A stretch of DNA of 64,000 nucleotides, from assembly GCA_964252035.1 (NCBI GenBank), contig OZ176207.1; one strand, written 5' to 3'. Each line of letters opens with the position of its first letter. The stretch's first letter is position 1. A program made the position numbers and the translations under genes. Below are positions 39,353 through 50,227 of the stretch, piece after piece. Source of the stretch: Podarcis erhardii (taxonomy: Eukaryota). Under the pieces are notes generated by a model. It was not told where the DNA came from and did no database searches. It saw only the letters and a program-made list of their open reading frames with translations.

Positions 39353-39473
39353 CCTGTATTGATGGAAATTATTTCTATCAGTGGGTTCTTTCTAATCTTT
39401 GGCAAATCCAATCGCGCTCCCCCCAACCGTTTTCCATTATCCTTTTTCTGACCCAGCAATCTCACAGAGTGAC
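39353..39473 (-). CDS. CDKAL1: CDKAL1 coding exon (human exon 8 equivalent, 121 bp)
   Basis: ttgaag|GT CAC TCT...AAT ACA GG|gtaagc = (G)[39 protein letters not shown](G). Phase 1 in, phase 2 out. Confidence 0.97.
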
Positions 39474-39632
39474 CTTCAAATAAAGGGGGAAAATGGTACC
39501 ATTATACATAAAACTCATTTGTTTTAATATATTCTACTCAAATATTTTGCATTTTGTTAAACAAAAATAGACCCAGGAGTCTTCTGGTAACCAACAGCTT
39601 ACCAAGTAAAGGAAAAGCCAACATTGAAATTC

Positions 39633-39633
39633 G

Positions 39634-39665
<32 letters not shown>
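39633..39665. repeat. (GTT)n microsatellite about 160 bp from the CDKAL1 exon-8 acceptor
   Basis: Direct reading. Confidence 0.98.
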
Positions 39666-40529
39666 ATTAAGCTTAGCTCCTTTCATTATATCTTGTTCAG
39701 CTATTTGACAAAAGCAAGTCAATCCATTTTAAAAGCCAAATTCCCAAGAAACAGCATTTTGATTATAATTACTGTAAAAATATTACTATTGAGTTTAAGG
39801 GTGTTGTTGTTCCCTTTTGAACAGTATTAGACCACAAACCCAAAGTTCCAGGCAGTATGATTGAACCGATGGGTGTCAGCTTGAGCAAGAATTTCCATTA
39901 AGTTCTCACAAAGTAATGCAAAAAGATTCGGATGAGGGAACATTTTCACAATTCAACCCAGCTTGTTGTGCTTCTCACGTATAATACTACTGACATGTGA
40001 GCACTTTATTGTAATTTATGGCTCCATCTGTAGCTTAACTGAGCTCATTCAGAAGCAACTGCATATTGACTTCAAAATATTCAAACACAAATATTCAGAA
40101 AGCTCCTTTTCCATAATTCTAGACACATTGTTTCAGGTCACCCAAATCAAAGTGAATGCTTTGGGCGGGGGGTAGCTTTGCAAAATACTGAGTTACAATT
40201 TCTAATTAAACGTTATTTAAAGAGAGAGAGAGAGTGTGTATGATTTCCAATAATGGATTGGAATTGGCACCTACCATGGTAGTAATAATCATCATCATCA
40301 TCTTATTTCAAATGTAAATGTAAATAATCAAGATTAAAAAGCCCAACCAATCTGAGTAAAGCTCTCTGCGGACAAACTCCAGCTCCCTTAGCCTAAAGCA
40401 AGATGAGCACCGACTGGACCTAATCAGCCAGGGGTCCTTTTCCTTTACCCTTTTTTACATACAGTCAAACCTTTATTTCATGTTGGCATAGCAAGTGCTA
40501 ACTTCATTTCATTCATCATATCTCCCACT

Positions 40530-40672
40530 GGATAGCTCAGTTGGTTAGAGTGCAGTGCTGATAATACCAAGGTTGCAGGTTTGATCCCTGTAAGGGACAG
40601 CTGCATATTCCTGCATTGCTGTGGGGTGGATTAGATGATGCTCAGGGTCCCTTCCAACTCTGATTCTATGAT
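40530..40672 (+). mobile_element. tRNA-Ile-like head / CR1-tail SINE
   Basis: Same family as 18147-18288; A-box and B-box remnants plus a CR1 tail. Confidence 0.85.
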
Positions 40673-42199
40673 CAGTAAGACCACTGTCCAGAATCACCTG
40701 AGTGTACCACTGTGCCTGAACATGCAGCACCTTCCCCCCTTCCTTCATGGCATGTTTTAATGAAATGGAGGAGTCTCCAATTCACCATTGTTTCCATTTC
40801 ATCTGAACCATGAAACTATGGTTGTTACCATCTGTGGAACAACTGTGGGACTGAAACCATCCTTTGAAGTTAGTTTACGATCCTGGTTTGTTCCAAAGTT
40901 AGTAAGCATAATTTCCCTGTGCAGATAAAACAAACTTGGAGACTTCAGCACTGCCACAAATGGAGGAGGGGAAGGGCCTGCATACACAGGAAAAAGACTC
41001 ATACATAACTAAGCTTATTAATATGATCATCCATGCCCAGCCATTCAGTCAGTCATTTAAATTTAAAATGTGACTTGTTTCTTTTGAAGTAGGAAAGGCT
41101 GAGGAGGCAAAATCATACAGGCCCTTTATATTGAAAGTTACAGAAACATTATTTTAAAAACCATTTATTCATTTGCAGGTTTTCCCAAGGCAGTAGAAAT
41201 GGCCTTAAGTTACATATGCAAATAAGCAACATTACTAATTACTAATTAGGGGTCTGTACTGACCGCAAGACTCAATTTGTACTGTAATTTGGTCTGAACT
41301 GATCTGGAAGCAATCCAGTTTTGCTAGGTGTCTGCAGCCAAATCCCAATTTGCAGAAGTTAAGTGTTAAACTTCCCCATTCACTATTATGGGCAAATTAA
41401 AATGAAACATTACAGCATTTTCTCCTTATTGACAGAACTGGATGAAATTTGTGGACATATCAGAAACAAATTGTCACAGTATTTTTATTTTATGTGATGA
41501 TTTTTATCTACCCACCCCAATGGCAAATGAATTGCCTGTAATTTTAATTTTTGGGGGTATGGTAGCCACACCTGAGGAGATGAATCCCGCCAAGTTTCAA
41601 AAGGATAAATGCAGTGATTTTCCTACATAGTTTGGAGGCTGTGAGGGAAAAAAAAGTATACATGAGAGATTTTCCTTGATAAGGAACCTGCCAAAATACT
41701 GATAAATAGGACCAGGAATTTTCCTACTATGTATATTTAACATTGATTTGGGGGAGGGGGTATTTAAAGGGTTTCGCTACCTGCTCTGTGGTTTTAATGG
41801 GCAATAATTTTATTATAAAAATAACACAGGGCTGCCTCTGGGAAAAGAGTCCACAAAATTTCAAAATGATGATAACAGAATCTTAGGGACTTAAAATTTA
41901 AATAGAGCTTTAGGTTTTTGTACGGCTCAACTAAGGTCAAAGCTGATTTGAAAGGAGTGGGTATGTGGGACAGAAGCAGAAGGATATGAAAGTCCAGCAT
42001 TTTCCAAGCAAGCACTACTAGAAGAACTAGTAAAACTAGCAAAGAACATTGTGACTGGAGAGCCCTGGTAAAATCATTCCCTCTTTTTAGAAGATAGATC
42101 TCTCAGTCTCTAAAGAACTTTCCCTTCACCACCTTTCCTCATCCTGTTATTTTCCTTATAAAATGATAAGATGAGGGAGAAATGTCTCATTTTTTGAAG

Positions 42200-42561
42200 T
42201 TACAGATAGGTAGCCGTGTTGGTCTGCCATAGTCAAAACAAAATTAAAAAAAATCCTTCCAGTAGCACCTTAAAGACCAACTAAGTTAGTTCTAGGTATG
42301 AGCTTTCGTGTGCATGCACACTTCTTCAGATACACTGAAACAGAAGTCACCAGACCCTTCTATATAGTGAGAAGGTGGGGAGGGGTATTACTCAGAAGGG
42401 TGGTGGGAATGGGTGATTGGCAGATAGCTGTGATGAGCCTGTTGACGACTCTTAACGACTGCAATAGGTCTTACAGGAAAAAGCAAGGGGTGAGATGGTG
42501 AAAAATGGCTTTGTCATGTATAATGAGATAAGAATCCAATGTCTTTGTTCAGACCAGGTCT
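42200..42561 (-). mobile_element. Penelope-like element 3' fragment (pseudo-LTR)
   Basis: Reverse complement is near-identical to about 6600-6962; compare ORF-track entries 6662..6865(-) and 42298..42501(+), which are nearly identical peptides. Confidence 0.92.
42296..42333 (-). ncRNA. Minimal type I hammerhead ribozyme motif (intact core) in Penelope pLTR
   Basis: Minus strand GUAU-CUGAAGA-A-GUGUGC(AU)GCACAC-GAAA-GCUC^AUAC: stem I GUAU/AUAC, palindromic stem II, catalytic core CUGANGA...GAAA, and palindromic AGCU as stem III, as in dimer-type minimal HHRs of PLEs. Confidence 0.8.
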
Positions 42562-43440
42562 TCATTTTTTGAAGGCACACTGTCTGCAGCACTTTTGAAA
42601 CATCTGATTCCTTTAGTTGTCCCAAACTGTTTTGGAGGTCCCTGCTTCAACTTTGGGCACGTCAGAGAGATCCCACTTCACCCTGGACAAGTTTTAAATC
42701 TGTCTGAAGTGGCCCACTTTGGTTCAAGATACATATGAATCTGTTCTATGCTCCTACTGCTTATAATGCAACTGTGCAGAGGTTGTTCGGGGTGGCAAAT
42801 TGTTTTCACCAAGCTGTTCCTACCAGCAATCACCATTAAAAAAAAATACAACACTCTACTGCTAAAATTACTGGAACTGAACACTGTAAGAACTGCATGG
42901 CTAGCTCTTTTATGCGACCAGGTTGCTCCACAAAGCAACTGCCACCTAACTTGCCTTATAAAGGGCCACACCACCATTGTTTACATTTGTGAGTCAAGAC
43001 AAATGTAATAGTATCATGGCAGTAGCGCACTGAAATCTTCCACTGATGTACCAAAAAAATCAATTGGCAAGCCAGCCTTTTCAGAGTTGTCAAGTAAAAC
43101 TTTTAGTCAAAAATTCAGTTTAATTAAGAGGTAAAACACCATTTTATGTTAAGAGTATTACACCTATCATAGATGTCAAAAAGTTCAATAGCATCTAGAA
43201 AAGGCCTGTTACTTTCATACCAGCAAATGCCAAGAATTCCATTATAACCTACTGTGATTTCAGTAATACATGGACTCTGCTAACAGCATTCACTCAATTA
43301 TTTATTTCCACTGTATCGCACTAATAACAGCAATATCGCCAACTGATGAGACAATTATTTGCCCATACTTTTGTTCTTTAAGTATTCTTGGATTTAACAA
43401 TATGCATACTACTTTAAAATTCAGGTAAATTAAATCCAGC

Positions 43441-43650
43441 TAGACATCAAAAAGAGCTTTCTGACAGTAAGAGCTGTCAGATAATGGAAAAGACTCCCTT
43501 GGAAGGTGGTGAACTCTGCTTCATTGGAGGTTTTTAAGCAGAGGTTGGGTGGCCATCAGTCATGAATGCATTAGTTGAAAATGCTGCATTGAAGAGGTTG
43601 GACCAGATGAACCTCGGAGTCCCTTCCAACTTTACAGTGGTGTGATTCTA
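43441..43650 (+). mobile_element. CR1 LINE 3' end
   Basis: ttctgacagtaagagctgt...ttggaggtttttaagcagaggttgg...cccttccaact...gattcta. Confidence 0.85.
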
Positions 43651-44416
43651 TAAGCTCTGTGCTTACCTACATCTGTGCTGGATTGTGGCCTGTGGGAATG
43701 CGAGTTAAAGGAAATATAAGAACGCCTAGTTCAGTCCATTTCAATACAGTGGGTTGGATCCAGACTTTGGCAAGCTTAGTCTAGACACACTGAAAGCTGA
43801 CAGGGCTTAATGATTATTCCTGTTGATTTGAGTCTACTATTAAACCTGACTAAAGGTACAATCCTAACCCCCTGATGGTGATGGCTGTGGGCATTAGGAT
43901 AACATGTAGGCCCAAAGCTGTGCCCTGAAAGCTGCTACCAGCTTTTCTGCTATGCTAATACACAGAAAACCCTAATCTATGAGATCCAAAGCTCCAGGGA
44001 TTCGTCAAGGAGCACAGTTCCTGTCTCCTTCCTTGTGACTGGCAGGATTCAGCATAACATTACATGCATTAGAGTCTCTACCCCTCTGCACTTCCCCAGA
44101 TCCTATTAGGATTGCTCTGCATGTTTGGATCCAGTTCAGAGTTGGACTGGTTAATTAATGATATTTTGAAGAGTTTTAGGGGCATGGCCTACTGGAAGCC
44201 TAGTAGAGGCAGAAATTCCATGCTCCAGCTTCCTAACCTAACTATCAATACATATTTTTACAGAGCTCCAGAAAGCTGCAGATAAATAGAATCCTTCCCT
44301 TTAAAAAATAAAAAAGCTATTTTCGAAAGCTAACATACTGAGTTCCTTTTGTAATGCTGTTATCTGTGATCTCTTTTGTAGCGAAATCAAGTGTAAGTAA
44401 GAAAAAGTTATGTTAC

Positions 44417-45176
44417 TGTCAGGGGCTCAGGAGCAGAGGCACAGGAGAGGGAGGAAATGGAGAGCGAGGGGGAGGAATCCGAGGGGAGCGTAGGCGGTGA
44501 CAGTGGTCAGAGGGATTCCATGAGCCTCTCCAGCGAATCGGAAGATTCACAGAAGGGAGCGCCGATGGCCAGGGCAAGGGGGGTGCCAAGGGGGAAACCC
44601 CAGAAGGAAGGGGCCAGCGGGGACTCCCAGAGCAGCAGCTGGAAATCAGGACCAGCTTCCCCACCAGAGCGCAGTGGGGGGGAGGAGTCCCAGGCATCGG
44701 GAACAGTGTTCTCACCACCAGCGAGAGGAGATGAGTCAGGATTGACCACGCCTCCATCGGAGAGCGGGGAAACGGTCAAGAGGAAAGTTACCGGCTGGGC
44801 GCGCGCGCCAAGTTCAAATGTACAGGCGAGCGGCACAGCAGGTAGCCCAGATAGGGAGCCAGGTCCTAAAGCCCGCCGGAAGGAGGGGCAAGACTCAGGG
44901 GGGTCAGCGTCAGAAGAGTCCAGAAAGGAGGAAACCCCAGGGGGCAGAAGGACCCAGAGGAGGAAAGAACAACGGAAGAGGTGGAGTAAGGCTAGAGTCT
45001 TAAACTGGTGTCTAGGAGGCAGAGACTCAGATGGAGCTTCGCCGGTCTAGGTTCTAAGACGCAGAGTTGCACGCTGCGGTTTGGAAATGGAAACTAATCT
45101 TCAATAAAGACTTTTATACGTTATTACTGACTAGCGTTGGTCCTCTGTGAGCTGGGACCTAGAGGCAACTCTGACA
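44417..45176 (+). mobile_element. Solo LTR (Ty3/Gypsy-like), 760 bp, containing a 197-aa ORF
   Basis: TGTCAG...CTGACA termini; perfect 5-bp TSD GTTAC (44412-44416 and 45177-45181); AATAAA at 45103-45108; ORF 44457..45050. Confidence 0.88.
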
Positions 45177-48100
45177 GTTACGAATCTTAAAATGATGCAT
45201 GATTGGGTAGGGAAAGCTTTTAAAAAGGCATTTCATCTGAATAAGGGAGGTCCTATCTGCCAGCTTCAGAAGCCAGCAGATAAGTGAACTCTCAAGGGAA
45301 ACCAAAACATAGTCATTTGATATGCTGAACACATGGCATGTTTTTCAGTGTTTTACAACTGTTGTACACTGAGCTGGATCCAGAGCAAGTTAGTCACAGT
45401 TAAGATCCCATCTACATGAAGTGTTAGTTCATCTTCCCTCACAATCCATTTTTTCTATGTGTTGTGACTTTTAGAATCTAAGTCTGCCGACGGGGATTAT
45501 CTTGTTTGTTATTGGTCTCTTGTGAGTTTTGAGGGACCAAAAAGCAAACTAAAATGCAATCAATCAGTGTGACTAATATTACATGGATTCAAGCCATTAT
45601 CTATTCCGAAAAACAGAGCAGAACATTTGGTTGCTGCCCGAGAAAAAGACAACAAAATGACCATGTGAAGGGCACTGAATATCAGATTTCAGATTAGAGC
45701 ATTGTTGATATTGCTGCTACTGTTTACAACCAGAAGCACATGGACTCGTGACAGCGCACTGCATGCAAATATGCCAAGCACCCTCTTGCTACACAAAACT
45801 CAGAAGCACTAAAGGAAGACGGCAACTTGCTTCACATAATTGTTATAGCCACACATTGAGGAGGAAGAAAAGGCAGAGGAAAGCGGGGGCAACTTCCTTT
45901 TCCAGCTATACCTATTAGTCTTAGGTAAATTAAGAGTGGAACAGTTTATCTGAAGATACTGTACTTTCAGTTGTTTTATCTGAGCAGCAACTTTGTTCAA
46001 TAATGTTCATCATCAAGGTGAAGAGGAATTCAAGGGAAGGATGAGTAACATATAAGTAAACTCCAAGCTTTTTCCCTCCTTTCTCTCACAGTGAATAAGC
46101 CAAAGCAGATGGACAACCCACTAATTAGTGGGAAAATGGTAAGAACTATTTCAAAAAGTCAAGTAATTAGCATTAAGCTTGCCTACAGACTTCAAACTAA
46201 AGCAAAAACTATTTTCATATAACCATGATCACCACTTTTTAATTTTAATAGCCCTAAGAAACAGACCATTAAAAATAATGGAATGCCTGGGCATTCCACC
46301 ACCAGTCAGGCCAGAAACTCTCTCGAAGTCAGCATGCTATAAACACCCATTGTAGGGAGCGCATTTCTCATTATCTGCTGAAAAATTCAAAGAAGAGAAA
46401 AGACTTCCTACTTTGACCAAGTGAAATAAGTGTGTAGCTTGAGAAAGAAAGACTGGAAGAAAACAAGGGGAAACATGCCTAAATTGGTTAAACCAAGTAC
46501 TCAGGCAAACAATAAAGCTTATATTGAACATAAAGCCATCAGACATGACAACCCTCTCCCCTGTCAAGCAAGGCAAATAAATATAAATCTGGTGAATACT
46601 GTGAGAGACAGTACTGGATTCATACCATCAAAATGTATTGCAACTGTCATAATATGAAAGGGAAAAATTGGTTGTCTATATAAACCCTCTCTCACTACAG
46701 AATGCTGTTTGGCATACCTCTTTCTGTTTAAGCTAAGCAGTAATTAATTAGTATTAATTCAATTAATAAGCAATCCACTCTTCTTATTCACATAGTGAAT
46801 AAATATTGTATTTAATATTTTTCATGTGACTAATGAACATCAACAAGAAAGGCTACACAGAGCGTGTCATTGGCTGCCCACACTATGGCTGTGATATGGT
46901 GAGAATGTCTAGATTTAAAAAGACAAGCTATGAAAACTTTTACCGATGAACACAACTCCTTTGGTCCTCCCCTTCCACTAGCTGTAATTAAACCGGGAAG
47001 TCTCTAATTAACTATAGTTTCCCAGTGCTCCAACTAAACACATATGTAACACCCTCTTTTTTGATCCGGAATTGGAGTTTGAATATTCACACCATTAATT
47101 CAAAGTTACCCACTATCCTTTCCATCTCTTTTGCTAACGTTTTTTGGATAGGTGGGAGCACATCATTTGTCCTCCCATTCCACCAATATCCTTTATATAA
47201 AACTCTCCCATTAATAACACTACCTCCAGTAATACCCACTATGACAATGTCTACTTTTTCTATTTGTACGGCCGACCAGATTTCCACAAGCTATCTACAA
47301 CGTTATCTTCCTCTCTTCTCCAGCTAAGTGTTTCGTTTCAATGCCAGTTCTATTATTATGTTTCAAAGATGTTAGCGTTTTATTTTAAAGCTTAATTTAC
47401 TAGTTTTATTTAATTTACCATGGCTATAGAAAGTTTAAAAGGAGAGCATCCTTCCATATTCTGGAGTAGAAATGGAAGTAGGAAGTAACAAGTTAACTGA
47501 ATGCACACATGAGTGACTGATGGGTTTTTACTACTTGGATTTCACTACCATATAGGAAGAAATATCCACAGTGATTTTAAAACATTGAGTGTGAAGAAAT
47601 TATATGACTATTTTGCTACATGCACATGCAACAGAATGCTGAAATAAGACATAGGTTTTCAACACATGCACACGTGACAAAATATATACGTGCTTCTTCA
47701 CACATTGATTGTACATGCTTTTTTCAAAGGACAGTGATCTCACTGTTAAAAAAATGTATTGCGGAAAACAGCCCACAGAGAATGTGAGAGAGCACTTTGA
47801 TACTTCTACTCTTAACCACCCTGAAAAAAATATTATGAAAGCCATTACATAAATATTGAAACAAACAAACTGCTAACAAACACCATGCCAGTAAAAGCAT
47901 TATTCATTAGGCTATACAACACACACACAAATCACAAAACTTTAAGCAATCAACAATAATAAAATAGGCTGGTAGCTAGCAGTTAGCAAACATTAGTTAA
48001 TATTTAAACTAGGAACAGATAGACCATATTACTAGACACATTAATGTGACTGAAACTTAGAAAGCGTATATGAAGTCTGAAAAGTCCAACATCATTGAAG

Positions 48101-49139
48101 TTATTTCCTTTGACTTGTTTTCAACAATCCTGTCCAGTGACCCATTTCACAAAATGTTTTGTGAAATACTCTAGACTGCAACAGTTTTAGTCACAAAGTC
48201 TAGTTTCCCCTTAATCCCATAGGGGTGCACTTTATATGCATGATGGCATTTGATTTTCCTGCAGGAAGCTAATTAATTTGATTTAAAATATTTAAGCCTG
48301 ATAGTGTTTGCAGTATTAAAGTCAAAAGGATCTGACATAATTTTGTGTCAACAAACAACAATTGAGCACTCTCTTGTGGCATGAAGCAAATGCCCTCACA
48401 GGACCTCCAATCTTGTGGACCTCACAGGACCAGATATCCCCAGTGTTGCCATGACGGCACTGGCAACAAGGGCAGAATCAAAATTACATTCTCTATTATG
48501 CTTCATTATCATGTCTTCATCAGTCTCTTCTTTATATGCCTCACCTGAGAGAATAGCAGAAGGTAGCCACATGAGAACAAACCTTTTTAGTGGTGGCCCC
48601 ATCTGAAGAATGACCTCATCAGGGAAACGCACCTGGCACAATCAGTTTTTAGGCATTAGGCTAACACCTTTTTATTCACTTACGCCTTGGGTAGCTAAGC
48701 CAGCCTCTAGAGCCGGCTCTAAGCCGGGTCATCTTTGAGCAGGGTGGGTAGGCTTGCTATTATTATGTCATCAGACAAGCATTTTAGGCATTAGTATCAT
48801 AAACTGCTTCAAATTTTCTGGCTTTGTTTTTATTGGTTGTATTTTATCTTGTTAAGACACTATGGGACTCTTTTTGTAAAATGCAACACGTGGAATAAAT
48901 AATAAAAATAAACAAACAAACGTGGCAGTATAAAAGTGCTGAGATTCTCAGAATGATACTCTGTATGGGACTGTAAATTGTTAGGCAAGAGTGAATAAAA
49001 AAATAATCTATAGAATCATTATTTCAATGATCATTGAGGATTCAGTGAGCATGGAACTTTACAAAAAAGAATGCAGTTCCCTTCCCCAAATATCTTAAAT
49101 ACTAAACACAAATATAGCTTTTCTTCTACTGGACATGTA

Positions 49140-49858
49140 CCGTATTTTTCGCCCTATAGGGTGCACCGGCCCATAGGGCGCACTTTTTTTGGGGGGGGGA
49201 GAGGGAAATAAAGAAAAAAAAATTCCCCCCAAGCCCCAAAGAGCAAAGAAACCATGACAGCCAGCGGGAAGGCTAGCTGTCTTGGCTTTGTTTTTAGCCT
49301 CGGGGCTGGGGGTCCGGGAGCGAAGGCCAGGTTGCGCTGAACCTCGCCATTGCTCCTGGAGCTTGCAGGGCTGGGGGCAGGGGAAGCCCGAGCTTCCCCC
49401 AACCCCAGCCCCCAGAACGGGTCCGGGAGTGCTCAACCTCACCATCGCTCCCGGAGCTTGCTGCTATCCGAAGCCCGGGGAGCACGGCGCTGTAGCCCGC
49501 TGTGCACCCCAGGCTTAGGGCAGCTATCCGCAAGCCTGCGGCGCCCGGTGGGAACTCCCGCCGGGCTCTGCAGGCTTGCGGATAGCTGCCCTAAGCCCGG
49601 GGTGCACAGTGCCGCGCTCCCTGGGCTTCGAGCTGCAGGCAGCTATCCACAAGCCTTCGGAGCCCGCAGAGTTCCCGCCAGGCTCCACAGGCTTGCGGAT
49701 AGTTTCCTGAAGCCTGGAGAGCGAGAGGGGTCAGTGCACCGACCCCTCTCGCTCTCCAGGCTTCAGCCAAAGCCTGCACTCGCCCCATAGGATGCACACA
49801 ATATTTCCCCTTCATTTTTGGAGGGGGGAAAGTGCGTCCTATAGGGCGAAAAATACGG
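49140..49858. mobile_element. Tc1/mariner (pogo/Tc2-type) MITE with GC-rich internal hairpins
   Basis: TIR CCGTATTTTTCGCCCTATAGG at both ends, flanked by TA (49138-39 and 49859-60). CpG-rich, so apparently young. Confidence 0.9.
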
Positions 49859-50178
49859 TACTCATGATCAGATTGTGAAGTAAGTCATATTGGCCAATGC
49901 CCATATCATGAAATAGTAGTAAAAGAAGCACCGAGGGGCGGGGAAGGGTGGGGAAGAGAATGACCAAAGATCTAAAATTGTGCATTTCTATATTGATATG
50001 GCTAAGTTTTCTACAGGTTTTTCTAATATATTCAGCATATGTTTACAGTCCAGTCATTATTTACAGTACATACATGATATATTTCAGCAGTAAGGCTGCT
50101 TATGGGGTCTATGTGTTCAAAGTCAGTAATGAGCACTGGAAAGAATGAAGACACAATCATTTCAGGTGAAAAGCTTAC

Positions 50179-50227
50179 CTTTGATCGTCTCCTCAACAAC
50201 TTCTACGACACGATCTATCTGCTGAAC
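50179..50227 (-). CDS. CDKAL1: CDKAL1 coding exon (human exon 7 equivalent, 49 bp)
   Basis: ttgcag|GTT CAG CAG ATA GAT CGT...ATC AAA G|gtaagc = VQQIDRVVEVVEETIK(G). Phase 0 in, phase 1 out, compatible with both neighbouring exons. Confidence 0.97.

Noticed and set aside
49095-49815. ORFs of 146, 116, 82 and 79 aa
   Set aside because: All lie inside the GC-rich MITE, reflect its repeat units and show no transposase motifs.
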